From positions 3,162 to 67,161 of the forward strand of contig CALXJJ010000004.1 of NCBI GenBank assembly GCA_944388605.1: 64,000 nucleotides of DNA, given 5' to 3'. Positions 1 to 9,381 of this stretch are shown here, one piece after another. Below the pieces are notes generated by a model. It did not search any database. It worked only from the letters and a program-made list of their open reading frames with translations, and had not been told where the DNA came from. The translations under genes were made by a program, and so were the position numbers. This stretch comes from an uncultured Clostridia bacterium. Its GTDB lineage: Bacteria > Bacillota > Clostridia > TANB77 > CAG-508. Position 1 is the first letter of the stretch; each line of letters starts with the position of its first letter.

Positions 1-393
1 TATAAGCTCTAAATTAATTGTTTCAATGTCTCTTAATGGATTAATACTTCCATCAACATGAACAATATTATTATCATCAAAACATCTTACTACTTGGCAT
101 ATAGCATCTACCTCACGAATATGTGATAAAAATTTATTTCCTAAACCTTCACCTTTGCTTGCTCCTTTCACCAAACCTGCTATATCTACAAACTCAATTA
201 CTGCATGAGTTACCTTCTGAGGCTTGTACATCTGATTAAGTTTTTCTAGTCTTTCATCTGGTACAGGTACTATACCAACATTGGGTTCTATTGTACAAAA
301 TGGATAATTGGCACACTCAGCTCCCGCATTTGTTATACTATTAAACAATGTACTTTTCCCAACATTAGGTAATCCTACAATACCTATTTTCAT
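1..393 (-). CDS. ychF: Ribosome-binding ATPase YchF (Obg-family GTPase), N-terminal part; continues off the left edge of the window
   Basis: Minus-strand translation from the ATG at 393 gives [21 protein letters not shown]...[14 protein letters not shown]...[19 protein letters not shown]. This carries the G1 P-loop and YchF-specific motifs. The ORF runs off the left edge of the window. Confidence 0.85.
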   Translation of the reverse strand, partial: MKIGIVGLPNVGKSTLFNSITNAGAECANYPFCTIEPNVGIVPVPDERLEKLNQMYKPQKVTHAVIEFVDIAGLVKGASKGEGLGNKFLSHIREVDAICQVVRCFDDNNIVHVDGSINPLRDIETINLELI

Positions 394-421
394 ATTAATT
401 TTCATTCCTTTCATTTACATA

Positions 422-1096
422 TTACAAATATTTTTTTACTTCTAAATAAATTTCCTCATGTATATCATCTATAGTTCTTATTTTTCCATTTTTAATACAT
501 TCTATAGTAAACCAATTATACTCTTTTGCTAATTCACATGCTGTATCATATGAATCTTGTAAATGTTTTTCATTAATTTCATGTATATCTTTCTTGGTAG
601 TTTTTGAAAATTTATTTTCACGATTTAACATTAATTTTTCACTAATTTTTACTGGCATTTTTAGAAAAAATACTTCTGTAGGTATTGGTAAACCATATAG
701 ATTAAATTCTAAATCAAACAGCCAGTTTAAAAATTTTTCTCTTTCTTGTTTATCTTTTATTTTTCCTGCTTGATGCACCATATTAGCAGTTGTATATCTA
801 TCTGCTAATATTATCCCTCCATTATTATAGTATTCTTGATAATCTTTTTTAAATGTAGCATATCTATCCACTGCGTAAAAAGTAGATGCAATATATGGAC
901 TTATTTCTTGTGCATTAGTTCCAAATTCTCCACTTAAATACATTTTTACTAAAGATGATGACTGGCTATCATAATTTGGAAAACTAACAGTTCTATATTC
1001 TATTCCTTCGCTTTCTAATCTCTTAGCTAATCTTTGAAATTGAGTTTGTTTGCCACTTCCATCAGTTCCATCTATTACAAATAATTTTCCTTTCAT
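422..1096 (-). CDS. P-loop deoxynucleoside/thymidylate kinase family protein
   Basis: 224 aa. Walker A motif FVIDGTDGSGKQTQ. Two DRY-type motifs (VDRYATF and LADRYTT) typical of dNK/TMK-fold kinases. Confidence 0.55.
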   Translation of the reverse strand: MKGKLFVIDGTDGSGKQTQFQRLAKRLESEGIEYRTVSFPNYDSQSSSLVKMYLSGEFGTNAQEISPYIASTFYAVDRYATFKKDYQEYYNNGGIILADRYTTANMVHQAGKIKDKQEREKFLNWLFDLEFNLYGLPIPTEVFFLKMPVKISEKLMLNRENKFSKTTKKDIHEINEKHLQDSYDTACELAKEYNWFTIECIKNGKIRTIDDIHEEIYLEVKKYL

Positions 1097-1175
1097 TTCT
1101 ACATTCTTCCTTTTATAATATCTTTTTTATTGATTACATTCTAGGAAATATTATTTCCTAGAATGTAATTTAAAA

Positions 1176-1508
1176 TTATACCTTAGACCAAAACCAATCT
1201 AAACTATTATCTATACTTTTTCTTTTAAACTCTTTTGACTCTATATCATCTACCCATAAATATGAAAAGAATGACATAAATACAAATATAAAATCAACTG
1301 TTATAGAATATACTATTTGTTTAATATACTCGGTATTAGCAAATAACACAAATTCTACTGTATGAGCTATAAGCAATATAACACACACTCCTAACATAAT
1401 TATAGTAGGATAACTCTTTTTTAAGCTACGTGCTAAAATTAAAACTAAAACAAATAATACAACTGCTATTAAAACTGCTATTGGATTTGAAAAATTTATC
1501 ATTGGCAT
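1176..1508 (-). CDS. Small integral membrane protein (3 predicted TM helices), unknown function
   Basis: 110 aa, hydrophobic segments, sits between two conserved genes. No recognisable motif. Confidence 0.4.
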   Translation of the reverse strand: MPMINFSNPIAVLIAVVLFVLVLILARSLKKSYPTIIMLGVCVILLIAHTVEFVLFANTEYIKQIVYSITVDFIFVFMSFFSYLWVDDIESKEFKRKSIDNSLDWFWSKV

Positions 1509-1532
1509 ATCCTTTGTTCCCCTCCTTTTATA

Positions 1533-2897
1533 TTATTTTAACTTTTGTTCAATTAAATTTGCTAAATCTTGTGCCCTTTTTGTAATATAATCTAAATCTT
1601 CTCCTTCTATCATTACTCTTACTAGTGGCTCAGTTCCAGATGGTCTTATTAACACTCTTCCATTTCCATTAAACTCTTCTTCTAATTTTTTTATATTTTC
1701 TAGTATTTCCTTATCTTGTTCATAATCATATTTTTTTTCTACTGAAACTTTTGCATTTATTAGCACTTGCGGATATATATCTATTATACTACAAAGTTCT
1801 GATGCTTTTTTTCTTTCTTCTAACATAACTCTTATTAGCATTAATGATGTTAATATTCCATCACCAGTTGGATTGTAATCTAAGAATATTATATGACCTG
1901 ATTGCTCTCCTCCTAAATTATATCCATGTTTTAGCATTTCTTCCAAAACATATCTATCTCCAACTTTGGTTTGTATTAAATCAATGTTATTTTTTTCAGC
2001 ATATTTTTTTAATCCAAGATTACTCATCACTGTGGCAACAACTGTATTCTTATTTAGCTTTCCTTTTTCCTTCATATATTTAGAGATAATAGCCATGATT
2101 TTATCTCCATCTATCTCATTTCCTTTTTCATCAACAGCTAAACATCTATCTCCATCTCCATCATATGCTATACCTAAATTACATTTATGATCTACAACAT
2201 ATTTTTTTAAGGTATCAAGATGAGTTGAACCACAATTATTATTAATATTTATTCCATTTGGCTCATTATTTATAATATAATGTTTTATTCCTAATACAGT
2301 AAATACTTTATCTGCTACCCAAGATGTAGCACCATTTGCTGTATCTATTGCTACTACAAAATCATTATTGTTATATTTTTCAAATTCTTCCTCGAAATTT
2401 TTTCTAAAAAAGTATATATACTCATCAATCAAATCTGTTCTTACTTCTGATATTCCTATTTTATCACCAACTGCTGTAAATATACTTAACTTTTCAGAAT
2501 CCATAATTTCTTCAATTTCTTCTTCTATATTATCTGGTATTTTCATTCCTTTGTTACTAAAATATTTAACTCCATTAAACTCATATGTATTATGTGAAGC
2601 AGATATAACAACACTTGCATCTGCTTTTAACTTTTTAGTTAAATAAGCTACTCCAGGTGTAGGTATAACACCTAAACTAATAACTTTAGCTCCATAACTT
2701 AAAAATCCTGCTGTCATTGCACTCTCTATTAAAGTTCCAGAAATTCTTGTATCTCTTCCTATTAAAATAGTAGGTGTATGATCAGTATGCTTTGAAAGTA
2801 CATATGCTCCTGCCTTTGCTACTTTATAAACTAATTCTGGTGACAATTCTGTATTAGCAATTCTTCTAATTCCATCTGTTCCAAAATATCTTCTCAT
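1533..2897 (-). CDS. glmM: Phosphoglucosamine mutase
   Basis: 454 aa. GTDGIRR at the N-terminus. Phosphoserine loop SASHNTYEFNG. Length and domain order match GlmM of the alpha-D-phosphohexomutase family. Confidence 0.9.
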   Translation of the reverse strand: MRRYFGTDGIRRIANTELSPELVYKVAKAGAYVLSKHTDHTPTILIGRDTRISGTLIESAMTAGFLSYGAKVISLGVIPTPGVAYLTKKLKADASVVISASHNTYEFNGVKYFSNKGMKIPDNIEEEIEEIMDSEKLSIFTAVGDKIGISEVRTDLIDEYIYFFRKNFEEEFEKYNNNDFVVAIDTANGATSWVADKVFTVLGIKHYIINNEPNGININNNCGSTHLDTLKKYVVDHKCNLGIAYDGDGDRCLAVDEKGNEIDGDKIMAIISKYMKEKGKLNKNTVVATVMSNLGLKKYAEKNNIDLIQTKVGDRYVLEEMLKHGYNLGGEQSGHIIFLDYNPTGDGILTSLMLIRVMLEERKKASELCSIIDIYPQVLINAKVSVEKKYDYEQDKEILENIKKLEEEFNGNGRVLIRPSGTEPLVRVMIEGEDLDYITKRAQDLANLIEQKLK

Positions 2898-2910
2898 TAA
2901 TATCCTCCTT

Positions 2911-3657
2911 TTAGAAAAATTTTTTTAAAAAACTGCTTTTTATTCTTTCCGGGGTTGGTATATCTATTTTTCTGTTTTCTAATATTGCCATTGGATTTAT
3001 TGTTGTTAATTGATTAATTTCATCATAAGTAATAAATTTAGAAAGTTCATTTAAAATTTTCTTCATATTATCATATGCAGAATATTCTCTATGTGCGTCA
3101 CTTCCCAAAAAATGTATTAATTTTGCTTTTAAAAGTTTTTGTAATGTTTTTTGTGCATTTTGACCATATTGTCCAATTATACTACCATAATTTGATTGGA
3201 ATAATACTCCTTTTTCTACTAAATCATAAACAAAATTTGGATTATTTTGCACAAATCTATACCTTTCAGGATGAGCTATAATTGGAATATAATTATTTTC
3301 AAATAAACTATATATAACATCTTCCATATAAATAACATTTTTATCCATTGGTAATTCAAACAAAACATAATCACTTCCTGCTAATGAGGATGCTTTATTT
3401 TGTTCTAAAAAATCTGTCATAAATTCAGAAATATATATTTCATTCCCTTGATGTAGAACTATATTTGTTTGTATTTCATCTAATCTTTTCTTTATTGCTA
3501 ATTTATCTAAATTATAATAATCTTCTATATAATGTGGAGTACAAATAATATCTGTAAAACCTGCTCCTTTAGCTTTTTCTATCATTATATATGTTTCATT
3601 TATACTTCTTGCTCCATCATCAACCTCATTTAAAATATGTGTATGAATATCTATCAT
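2911..3657 (-). CDS. Capsular polysaccharide phosphotyrosine-protein phosphatase, PHP family (CpsB/YwqE-like)
   Basis: 248 aa. N-terminal MIDIHTHIL...DDGA and internal CTPHY metal-binding motifs characteristic of CpsB/YwqE Mn-dependent Tyr phosphatases. Adjacent to the BY-kinase gene. Confidence 0.8.
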   Translation of the reverse strand: MIDIHTHILNEVDDGARSINETYIMIEKAKGAGFTDIICTPHYIEDYYNLDKLAIKKRLDEIQTNIVLHQGNEIYISEFMTDFLEQNKASSLAGSDYVLFELPMDKNVIYMEDVIYSLFENNYIPIIAHPERYRFVQNNPNFVYDLVEKGVLFQSNYGSIIGQYGQNAQKTLQKLLKAKLIHFLGSDAHREYSAYDNMKKILNELSKFITYDEINQLTTINPMAILENRKIDIPTPERIKSSFLKKFF

Positions 3658-3753
3658 ATAATCCTCACATTTCTTTTAAATTTTACATAAAAATTATTCC
3701 ACAATTTTTTCATATTTCATAGAAGAACAATCGGAAAGCCTTAAAATAAATAC

Positions 3754-4773
3754 TTAAAAGTTTATTAATGTCCGATTTTGTTCATCACTATTCTTTAATT
3801 TTGCTTTTTCTGCAGTTAAATAATCATTAAGTTGTTTCATTATTTTATCAGTCTCCGGACTAACGCTTTGTTTTTTATTTTCCTCTTTTTCATAATCAAA
3901 CATTTTATTTTTCTTAGGTGGTTGATAAGTATTTTGATTTTTGTGTTCTTTTTGAATTCTAGTAGCATTTGCCAATTCTTTTTCTCTGGCAATGGCAATA
4001 TCTTTTTTCCTTACTGGGTTATCTTTAATAACCTTCTTTGTTTTATTTTTTATTTCTTCTTTTTTTTCAAATGATCTATCTGAATTTCCATAATAATATG
4101 TTGATTGATATTTCTTTTTAGTAATTGGCATTTTATTAAGAACAACTCCAGCAATATGTCCTCCTACATTTCTTATATCCTTTTTAATTCTTTCCAATGT
4201 ATCTATTTTTGTTTCTTTATGAGCTGTCACAATTATAGTTGAATCTACAAATCTAGATATAATAACTGCATCTGTAACAATTGAGCTTGGTGTACCATCA
4301 AAAATTACTATGTCAAACATATTTTCTAGCATATTAATCATATTAACCATTTTCTCCGATACTAAAAGTTCTGATGGATTTGGTGGTATATTTCCTGCAG
4401 GAATAATATATAAATTTTTAATTTCCGTATTTTTTATATATACTTTTACATCATCTGGAAGTTCTTCTCCTCTTGAATTATATCCTACAAGATAATTGGA
4501 AAGTCCAGGAGTAGGGCTAACTCCGAAAATAGAAAATTGTCTTCCTTTTCTCATATCTGCATCCACTATTACTACTTTTTTATCTGCTTGCGCAAAAGTA
4601 ACTGCTAAATTTGCAGTAATCCAGCTTTTACCTTCTCCAGGGATAGTACTAGTTACTAATAAAGACTTTAGCTTTGATTTAGTGTTCATAAATTGTATGT
4701 TTGTTCTTAAAGTTCTAAACATCTCTGATACAGGAGATTTTGGATCTTTATATGTTATAAGTTCTTTTTTCAC
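3754..4773 (-). CDS. Tyrosine-protein kinase (BY-kinase, CpsD/YwqD-like) with a C-terminal Tyr cluster and an extra ~95-aa Lys/Glu-rich tail
   Basis: Walker A GEGKSWITANLA. Walker A' VVIVDADMRKG. Walker B IVIFDGTP. Tyr cluster STYYYGN. The start overlaps the stop of the upstream Wzz gene (ATGA at 4773). Confidence 0.8.
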   Translation of the reverse strand: MKKELITYKDPKSPVSEMFRTLRTNIQFMNTKSKLKSLLVTSTIPGEGKSWITANLAVTFAQADKKVVIVDADMRKGRQFSIFGVSPTPGLSNYLVGYNSRGEELPDDVKVYIKNTEIKNLYIIPAGNIPPNPSELLVSEKMVNMINMLENMFDIVIFDGTPSSIVTDAVIISRFVDSTIIVTAHKETKIDTLERIKKDIRNVGGHIAGVVLNKMPITKKKYQSTYYYGNSDRSFEKKEEIKNKTKKVIKDNPVRKKDIAIAREKELANATRIQKEHKNQNTYQPPKKNKMFDYEKEENKKQSVSPETDKIMKQLNDYLTAEKAKLKNSDEQNRTLINF

Positions 4774-5486
4774 TATCTTCTTCCTCCTTTATCATCTTGT
4801 GAATATAATGGTATTGTAGCTAATACTGTTAATTTTAAATTTTTTTCTATATCTTCTTCAGATTTTATGGTTGTATCTAGCATATTAGATATTAATACAT
4901 AAGCTATTGAAACAATAACTCCTATTGCCATAAAAATTGCTATATCTTTTATATGATTTATATTATATGGTTCTAAAGGAACTTCTGCTTCATCTACAAT
5001 ATGGACATTGTTTATGCTATAAATCCTTTCAACTTCAGCTGCAAAAGCTTTAACTATTTCTCCTGCAATAGCTTTAGCTTGTTGTGGATCTTCATGTACT
5101 ACATCTATTTGAATAATTTCTGTATCTTTTTTTTGAGAAACTGTTATCTTCTTCTTTAAACTTTCTTCTGTTTCATCTATTTTTAGATTTGAAATAACTT
5201 CTTTTAATACTCTTTTGCCCCTAATTAATTCACTATATGTTGAAACCAATTTCTGATTCAGTGTAATATCTGTTTGAGTAATACCTGTGGAAGTTCCTGT
5301 TTGGTCTTGTACTTGTTCATCATCTGTTTTAGCTAATACAAGTGTTGTTTCGGCTTTATATTCTGGCGTAACAAAAGCAAAAGAATAAATAATACCAATA
5401 ACAGCAAAAATTGCAATAATTAAAACAATATATATTCTTTTACTCCAAAAAATATTAAATAGACCTTTTAAATCTAATTCTTCCAT
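4773..5486 (-). CDS. Wzz/CpsC-type polysaccharide co-polymerase (chain-length determinant, BY-kinase activator)
   Basis: 237 aa. N-terminal TM helix (IYIVLIIAIFAVIGIIYSF), periplasmic coiled region, C-terminal TM helix. Translationally coupled to the BY-kinase. Confidence 0.8.
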   Translation of the reverse strand: MEELDLKGLFNIFWSKRIYIVLIIAIFAVIGIIYSFAFVTPEYKAETTLVLAKTDDEQVQDQTGTSTGITQTDITLNQKLVSTYSELIRGKRVLKEVISNLKIDETEESLKKKITVSQKKDTEIIQIDVVHEDPQQAKAIAGEIVKAFAAEVERIYSINNVHIVDEAEVPLEPYNINHIKDIAIFMAIGVIVSIAYVLISNMLDTTIKSEEDIEKNLKLTVLATIPLYSQDDKGGRR

Positions 5487-5726
5487 TTTCGTTGAATCAT
5501 TCCTTTCATTATCTTTAAAATTCGTACTATCAATTTTTTACCTTACTATTATATACTCATTATTGTGGTTTTGGCAATAGTTTATATTGATTTTATTCAA
5601 AAAACAAGAACAATAGCGTACTTCTTACATTTCTTCTACTTATAATATTTTATGAAAATTACTGTTTTCTATAATGAAATAAACTTATCATATCAATTTT
5701 AGATATAATAAGTTTATTAGCTTAAA

Positions 5727-6476
5727 TTATTTCATCATTGTTTTATATCTAATTATACAAAATACAGCAATAATAGTAATTATCAATATAGACCATAATA
5801 CAACTTGTGTAATTCCTGTTTGTGGCAATTTAGCATTAGATGTAGTACTATCTACTTTTATAACTTTATTTTCTACTTTATCACTCATAGTATTTTGCAT
5901 TTGATTTTCTTCTTCTGTAATATTTTGCGTAATCTCATTTTGTATTTGATTAGCATCTTCTTGTCCCTGTTCTTCACTAACACGTGTAATATTTACATCT
6001 ATTTCTACATCTGGAACTTCAACTTCAGTTCCATCTGTTCCTGAAACAATAATGTCTGATAATAATATTTTAGTTTTCATATTTTGATTAAAAGTATCTT
6101 TTAATTTAAAAGTCATTTCAGCAATAGTTGAATTAGATTTTGTTTCTGTGTTTCCTGCAATTAATAATACTTTTGTAGATGGATTATAATTTGCTTTATC
6201 CCATTCTTCGTAAGTTTTAATTGAGACCGAATCTATTACATCTTCATCATAAACTAAAAATGATTGATAACCAAGTACTGTTCCTTGTGTAACTCCTATT
6301 AAATTACCTATATTTAATTTTACAGTAAACTCATGTTCATTTGTTGGCACATTTACAATAGATGGTTCTAAATTTATCGGTATGCTTATTATTGAACCTA
6401 GTGAATATGTACTAAAACAACTTAAAGCTATTATTAAAGTAATTACTAAAATACAAACTTTTTTCATTTTTATCAT
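5727..6476 (-). CDS. LPXTG cell-wall-anchored surface protein with an N-terminal cohesin-like beta-sandwich domain
   Basis: Signal peptide MIKMKKVCILVITLIIALSC. C-terminal LPQTG followed by a hydrophobic helix and an RYKTMMK tail (sortase sorting signal). Residues ~30–165 (FTVKLNIGNLIGVTQGTVLGYQSFLVYDEDVIDSVSIK ... AEMTFKLKD ... ILLSDIIVSGTDG) fit the cohesin (PF00963) profile pattern. Confidence 0.55.
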   Translation of the reverse strand: MIKMKKVCILVITLIIALSCFSTYSLGSIISIPINLEPSIVNVPTNEHEFTVKLNIGNLIGVTQGTVLGYQSFLVYDEDVIDSVSIKTYEEWDKANYNPSTKVLLIAGNTETKSNSTIAEMTFKLKDTFNQNMKTKILLSDIIVSGTDGTEVEVPDVEIDVNITRVSEEQGQEDANQIQNEITQNITEEENQMQNTMSDKVENKVIKVDSTTSNAKLPQTGITQVVLWSILIITIIAVFCIIRYKTMMK

Positions 6477-6598
6477 TCTCCTTTTTATACAGAATACAAA
6501 ATATATAATTTATTTATATAATATCACAACATTATTTTTTTTTCTACAATATATTATATTAAGTTTGTATTACAAAAACATTACAAAAATATTACAGT

Positions 6599-8137
6599 TT
6601 AAACTTTGATTTTATTTTTTAGTTTACCTAATAATTTTTTTACATAATCTATTGCGTTTTTAAATGATTCATCTTTGTAAAAAGCTATTATTATTATTAT
6701 TGAACAAATAGCTACCATTAATATACCTTTTATAATAAAATTAAGCATTGAAACTCCATGTATTTGGTTAATTATTGTTTCACTTACAAATATCATTAAT
6801 AACAATACTATTAAAAATTTAAATTGCATTGTAAAATATCTTCGTGAACTTCTTTGAAATATTTTTTTATATAACATATAAGGTTGATACCAAAAGATTG
6901 TTAATAACTTAGCAATTGGAGTAGCAATTAATATTCCTAATAATCCTAATTTTAATCCTAGTAAAATTGATAGTATAATATTTAATATTGCTGTAAATAT
7001 TGATATATATTTAACATCTCTAAAAAGTCCTGTTGTATCTCTAAATACCCACATAGGATTTAACATTCCATTAATATAAAAACTAATAACTATTGCAATA
7101 ACTATAGAATTATTTAATATGTATTCCTTACCTATCCATAATTCTATAACATCTTTTGACAAAACTATTAATCCCACAGAAAAAATCGAAAACAGTACAA
7201 ATGCCATAAAATTTAATAATGAAAATACATTTACTTGTTTATCCCTATTATTTTCTGTATGCAAATTTCCTACACTAGCAGTTACAGCATTAAATATAAT
7301 TGAAATAGCAGTATTAATGCAATTAGTAATCATATTATAATTTGAATAATACCCTACCCATATTGTTCCTATCATGGCAGAAATAACAATATTAGGTGTA
7401 CTATTTAATATTACATTACTAAATTTAAAAATAAACATAGATTTTACATTTTGAAATAATACAAATTTTTCTTTTTTTCTCAATTCTTCATTTTTCTTTA
7501 TAAATGGATACATTTTATTTGCTTTATAAGCTATATATATGTTAGTTCCTAATGTTCCTAATAATTGTAAAATTAAATATAATATATAATTATGTGTTAA
7601 TAATAAAATAATAATTTGCAAGATAGTTTGAATTATATTAAATATTAAAGTATATAATTTAACTAAATACATTTTTTGATCTGCATTTATAATAGAACTT
7701 TTATATGCAAAGAAGTATGAAAAAGATGTATTAGCCAAAAATAATATAAAATATAATGTTAAATTTGGTATTTGAGAATCTGTTTTTACTAATACATCTA
7801 AAAAAGGTATTAGTATCAATCCTATAATAAATATTATAATTCCTATTATATTATATATTTTTTTATAAAATTGCATTAATGCTGCAAGTTTTCTTTCATC
7901 TTTTTTAGCTAATGGCTTATACATACTATAAATAATAGCATTTCCAAAACCTAATTCTGCTAATGATAATACTGTTAAAACATTTGTAAATAATCCATTA
8001 ATTCCTAAATATTCAGCTCCTAATGTTTTTATAAATACTGTTCTTGAAATAAACTGTAAAATTAAAACTGCAATTTGATTTCCAGCTCCGAAAAACATAT
8101 TACGTAATGAATTATATAGCCTTGATCTTTGCTCCAC
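6599..8137 (-). CDS. Oligosaccharide repeat-unit flippase Wzx (MOP/PST family)
   Basis: 512 aa, ~12–14 TM helices. N-terminal region NQIAVLILQFISRTVFIKTLGAEYLGINGLF is typical of PST-family flippases. Confidence 0.75.
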   Translation of the reverse strand: MEQRSRLYNSLRNMFFGAGNQIAVLILQFISRTVFIKTLGAEYLGINGLFTNVLTVLSLAELGFGNAIIYSMYKPLAKKDERKLAALMQFYKKIYNIIGIIIFIIGLILIPFLDVLVKTDSQIPNLTLYFILFLANTSFSYFFAYKSSIINADQKMYLVKLYTLIFNIIQTILQIIILLLTHNYILYLILQLLGTLGTNIYIAYKANKMYPFIKKNEELRKKEKFVLFQNVKSMFIFKFSNVILNSTPNIVISAMIGTIWVGYYSNYNMITNCINTAISIIFNAVTASVGNLHTENNRDKQVNVFSLLNFMAFVLFSIFSVGLIVLSKDVIELWIGKEYILNNSIVIAIVISFYINGMLNPMWVFRDTTGLFRDVKYISIFTAILNIILSILLGLKLGLLGILIATPIAKLLTIFWYQPYMLYKKIFQRSSRRYFTMQFKFLIVLLLMIFVSETIINQIHGVSMLNFIIKGILMVAICSIIIIIAFYKDESFKNAIDYVKKLLGKLKNKIKV

Positions 8138-8156
8138 AGTTACCCTCTTCTTTCTT

Positions 8157-9359
8157 TTATTTTTTCCAAAATTTATTTTTTAATTTTTCGTACATTTCTT
8201 GACTCAATATAGATTGCAAAAATCTTTTTATTTCTACTCTATTTGGTAAAATTCTACCTTTTATTTTGCAAATCAATGGTATTTTTATGTTATTTTTTTT
8301 CATTAATTTATATATATCTACAAAATTTTTATTCTTTTTATATTTTTGATGCATTAAGATAGTATAATTTTTATATTTTCTCTTTTTATATGCATCTAAG
8401 TCAAATACATTTTTATATAAATCTATTTTCTTTAATGCTTCTAATGCTAGCAAAGTTCTAACACATTTTTCACACTTTCCACAATTTTTGTCTTCATTAA
8501 AACACACATTTAAAGTATTATAAGATAATTTATAATTAGTTATTTGATCTATTTTTTCTAATCTAGTAAAAGACATCCCTGTAGAATAAAAAGTTATATT
8601 TTCATTACTTAACATATTAAGCGTATATATATCATAATATGCTGGATCTTTTTTTGATATTTCAAAATCCCATATAGGTATTCCTGATGCATAATAGTAA
8701 ACTTTAAATAATTTTTGAATTGCAAGTATAGCAGACATATTTCTAAATGTATGTGTTTCTACAAACGACATTTTTATATATTCGCTAATATTTGAATCTA
8801 TCATAATAAAATCAAATTTATTATTTTTTGCAAATTGTTCGCTTCTTTTCATTCTTTTCTCATATAATTCTCTTGCTTTTTCTCCTCCGAAATCTCCATG
8901 AGATCCCATATTTAACATAGTTAAAGTATTTACTTTCAGATTTTCTGGACAGTTATTTGATGTATACTGATATATTGTTTGTAAAGAATCTACACCACAT
9001 GAAATTCCTGTTCCTACTCTTCCTTCATTATATAATTCATCTTTACTAACATCTGAAAATATATTTATTTTATGATATTCAGTATGTGTTTTTGATAATG
9101 TTATGATTAAATTATTAACTAAATTACTATATAGTCTTGATGAAATTGGTTCTTCAGTTTTTATATCTTCACCTTTACTCATAGCAAATAATAATAATGC
9201 TATAACAAAAGAATCACTTCTTTCTGTACAAAAATACTTTCCATAATCTTTTCTCGTTTTATACCATAGTGTTTCATAATTACCATTATAACTTATTTTA
9301 CTTTTTAAATATGTATATTCATCGTCTTCTTCAATATATGGCTTACCTATTAATATCAT
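8157..9359 (-). CDS. PP-loop-like ATP-pyrophosphatase family protein, possible N-acetyl-sugar amidotransferase (tentative)
   Basis: 400 aa. GISCGVDSL resembles the SGGxDS PP-loop. C-terminal Cys cluster CFNEDKNCGKCEKC. Located inside the polysaccharide locus. No closer assignment is possible by eye. Confidence 0.35.
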   Translation of the reverse strand: MILIGKPYIEEDDEYTYLKSKISYNGNYETLWYKTRKDYGKYFCTERSDSFVIALLLFAMSKGEDIKTEEPISSRLYSNLVNNLIITLSKTHTEYHKINIFSDVSKDELYNEGRVGTGISCGVDSLQTIYQYTSNNCPENLKVNTLTMLNMGSHGDFGGEKARELYEKRMKRSEQFAKNNKFDFIMIDSNISEYIKMSFVETHTFRNMSAILAIQKLFKVYYYASGIPIWDFEISKKDPAYYDIYTLNMLSNENITFYSTGMSFTRLEKIDQITNYKLSYNTLNVCFNEDKNCGKCEKCVRTLLALEALKKIDLYKNVFDLDAYKKRKYKNYTILMHQKYKKNKNFVDIYKLMKKNNIKIPLICKIKGRILPNRVEIKRFLQSILSQEMYEKLKNKFWKK

Positions 9360-9381
9360 ATTTTATATTCCTTCTTTCTAA

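Noticed and set aside
422-1096. Calling this gene tmk (thymidylate kinase) outright
   Set aside because: It has the P-loop and DRY-type motifs but lacks the REPGGT-like TMP-binding segment. It could be a deoxynucleoside kinase, so it is left as family-level.
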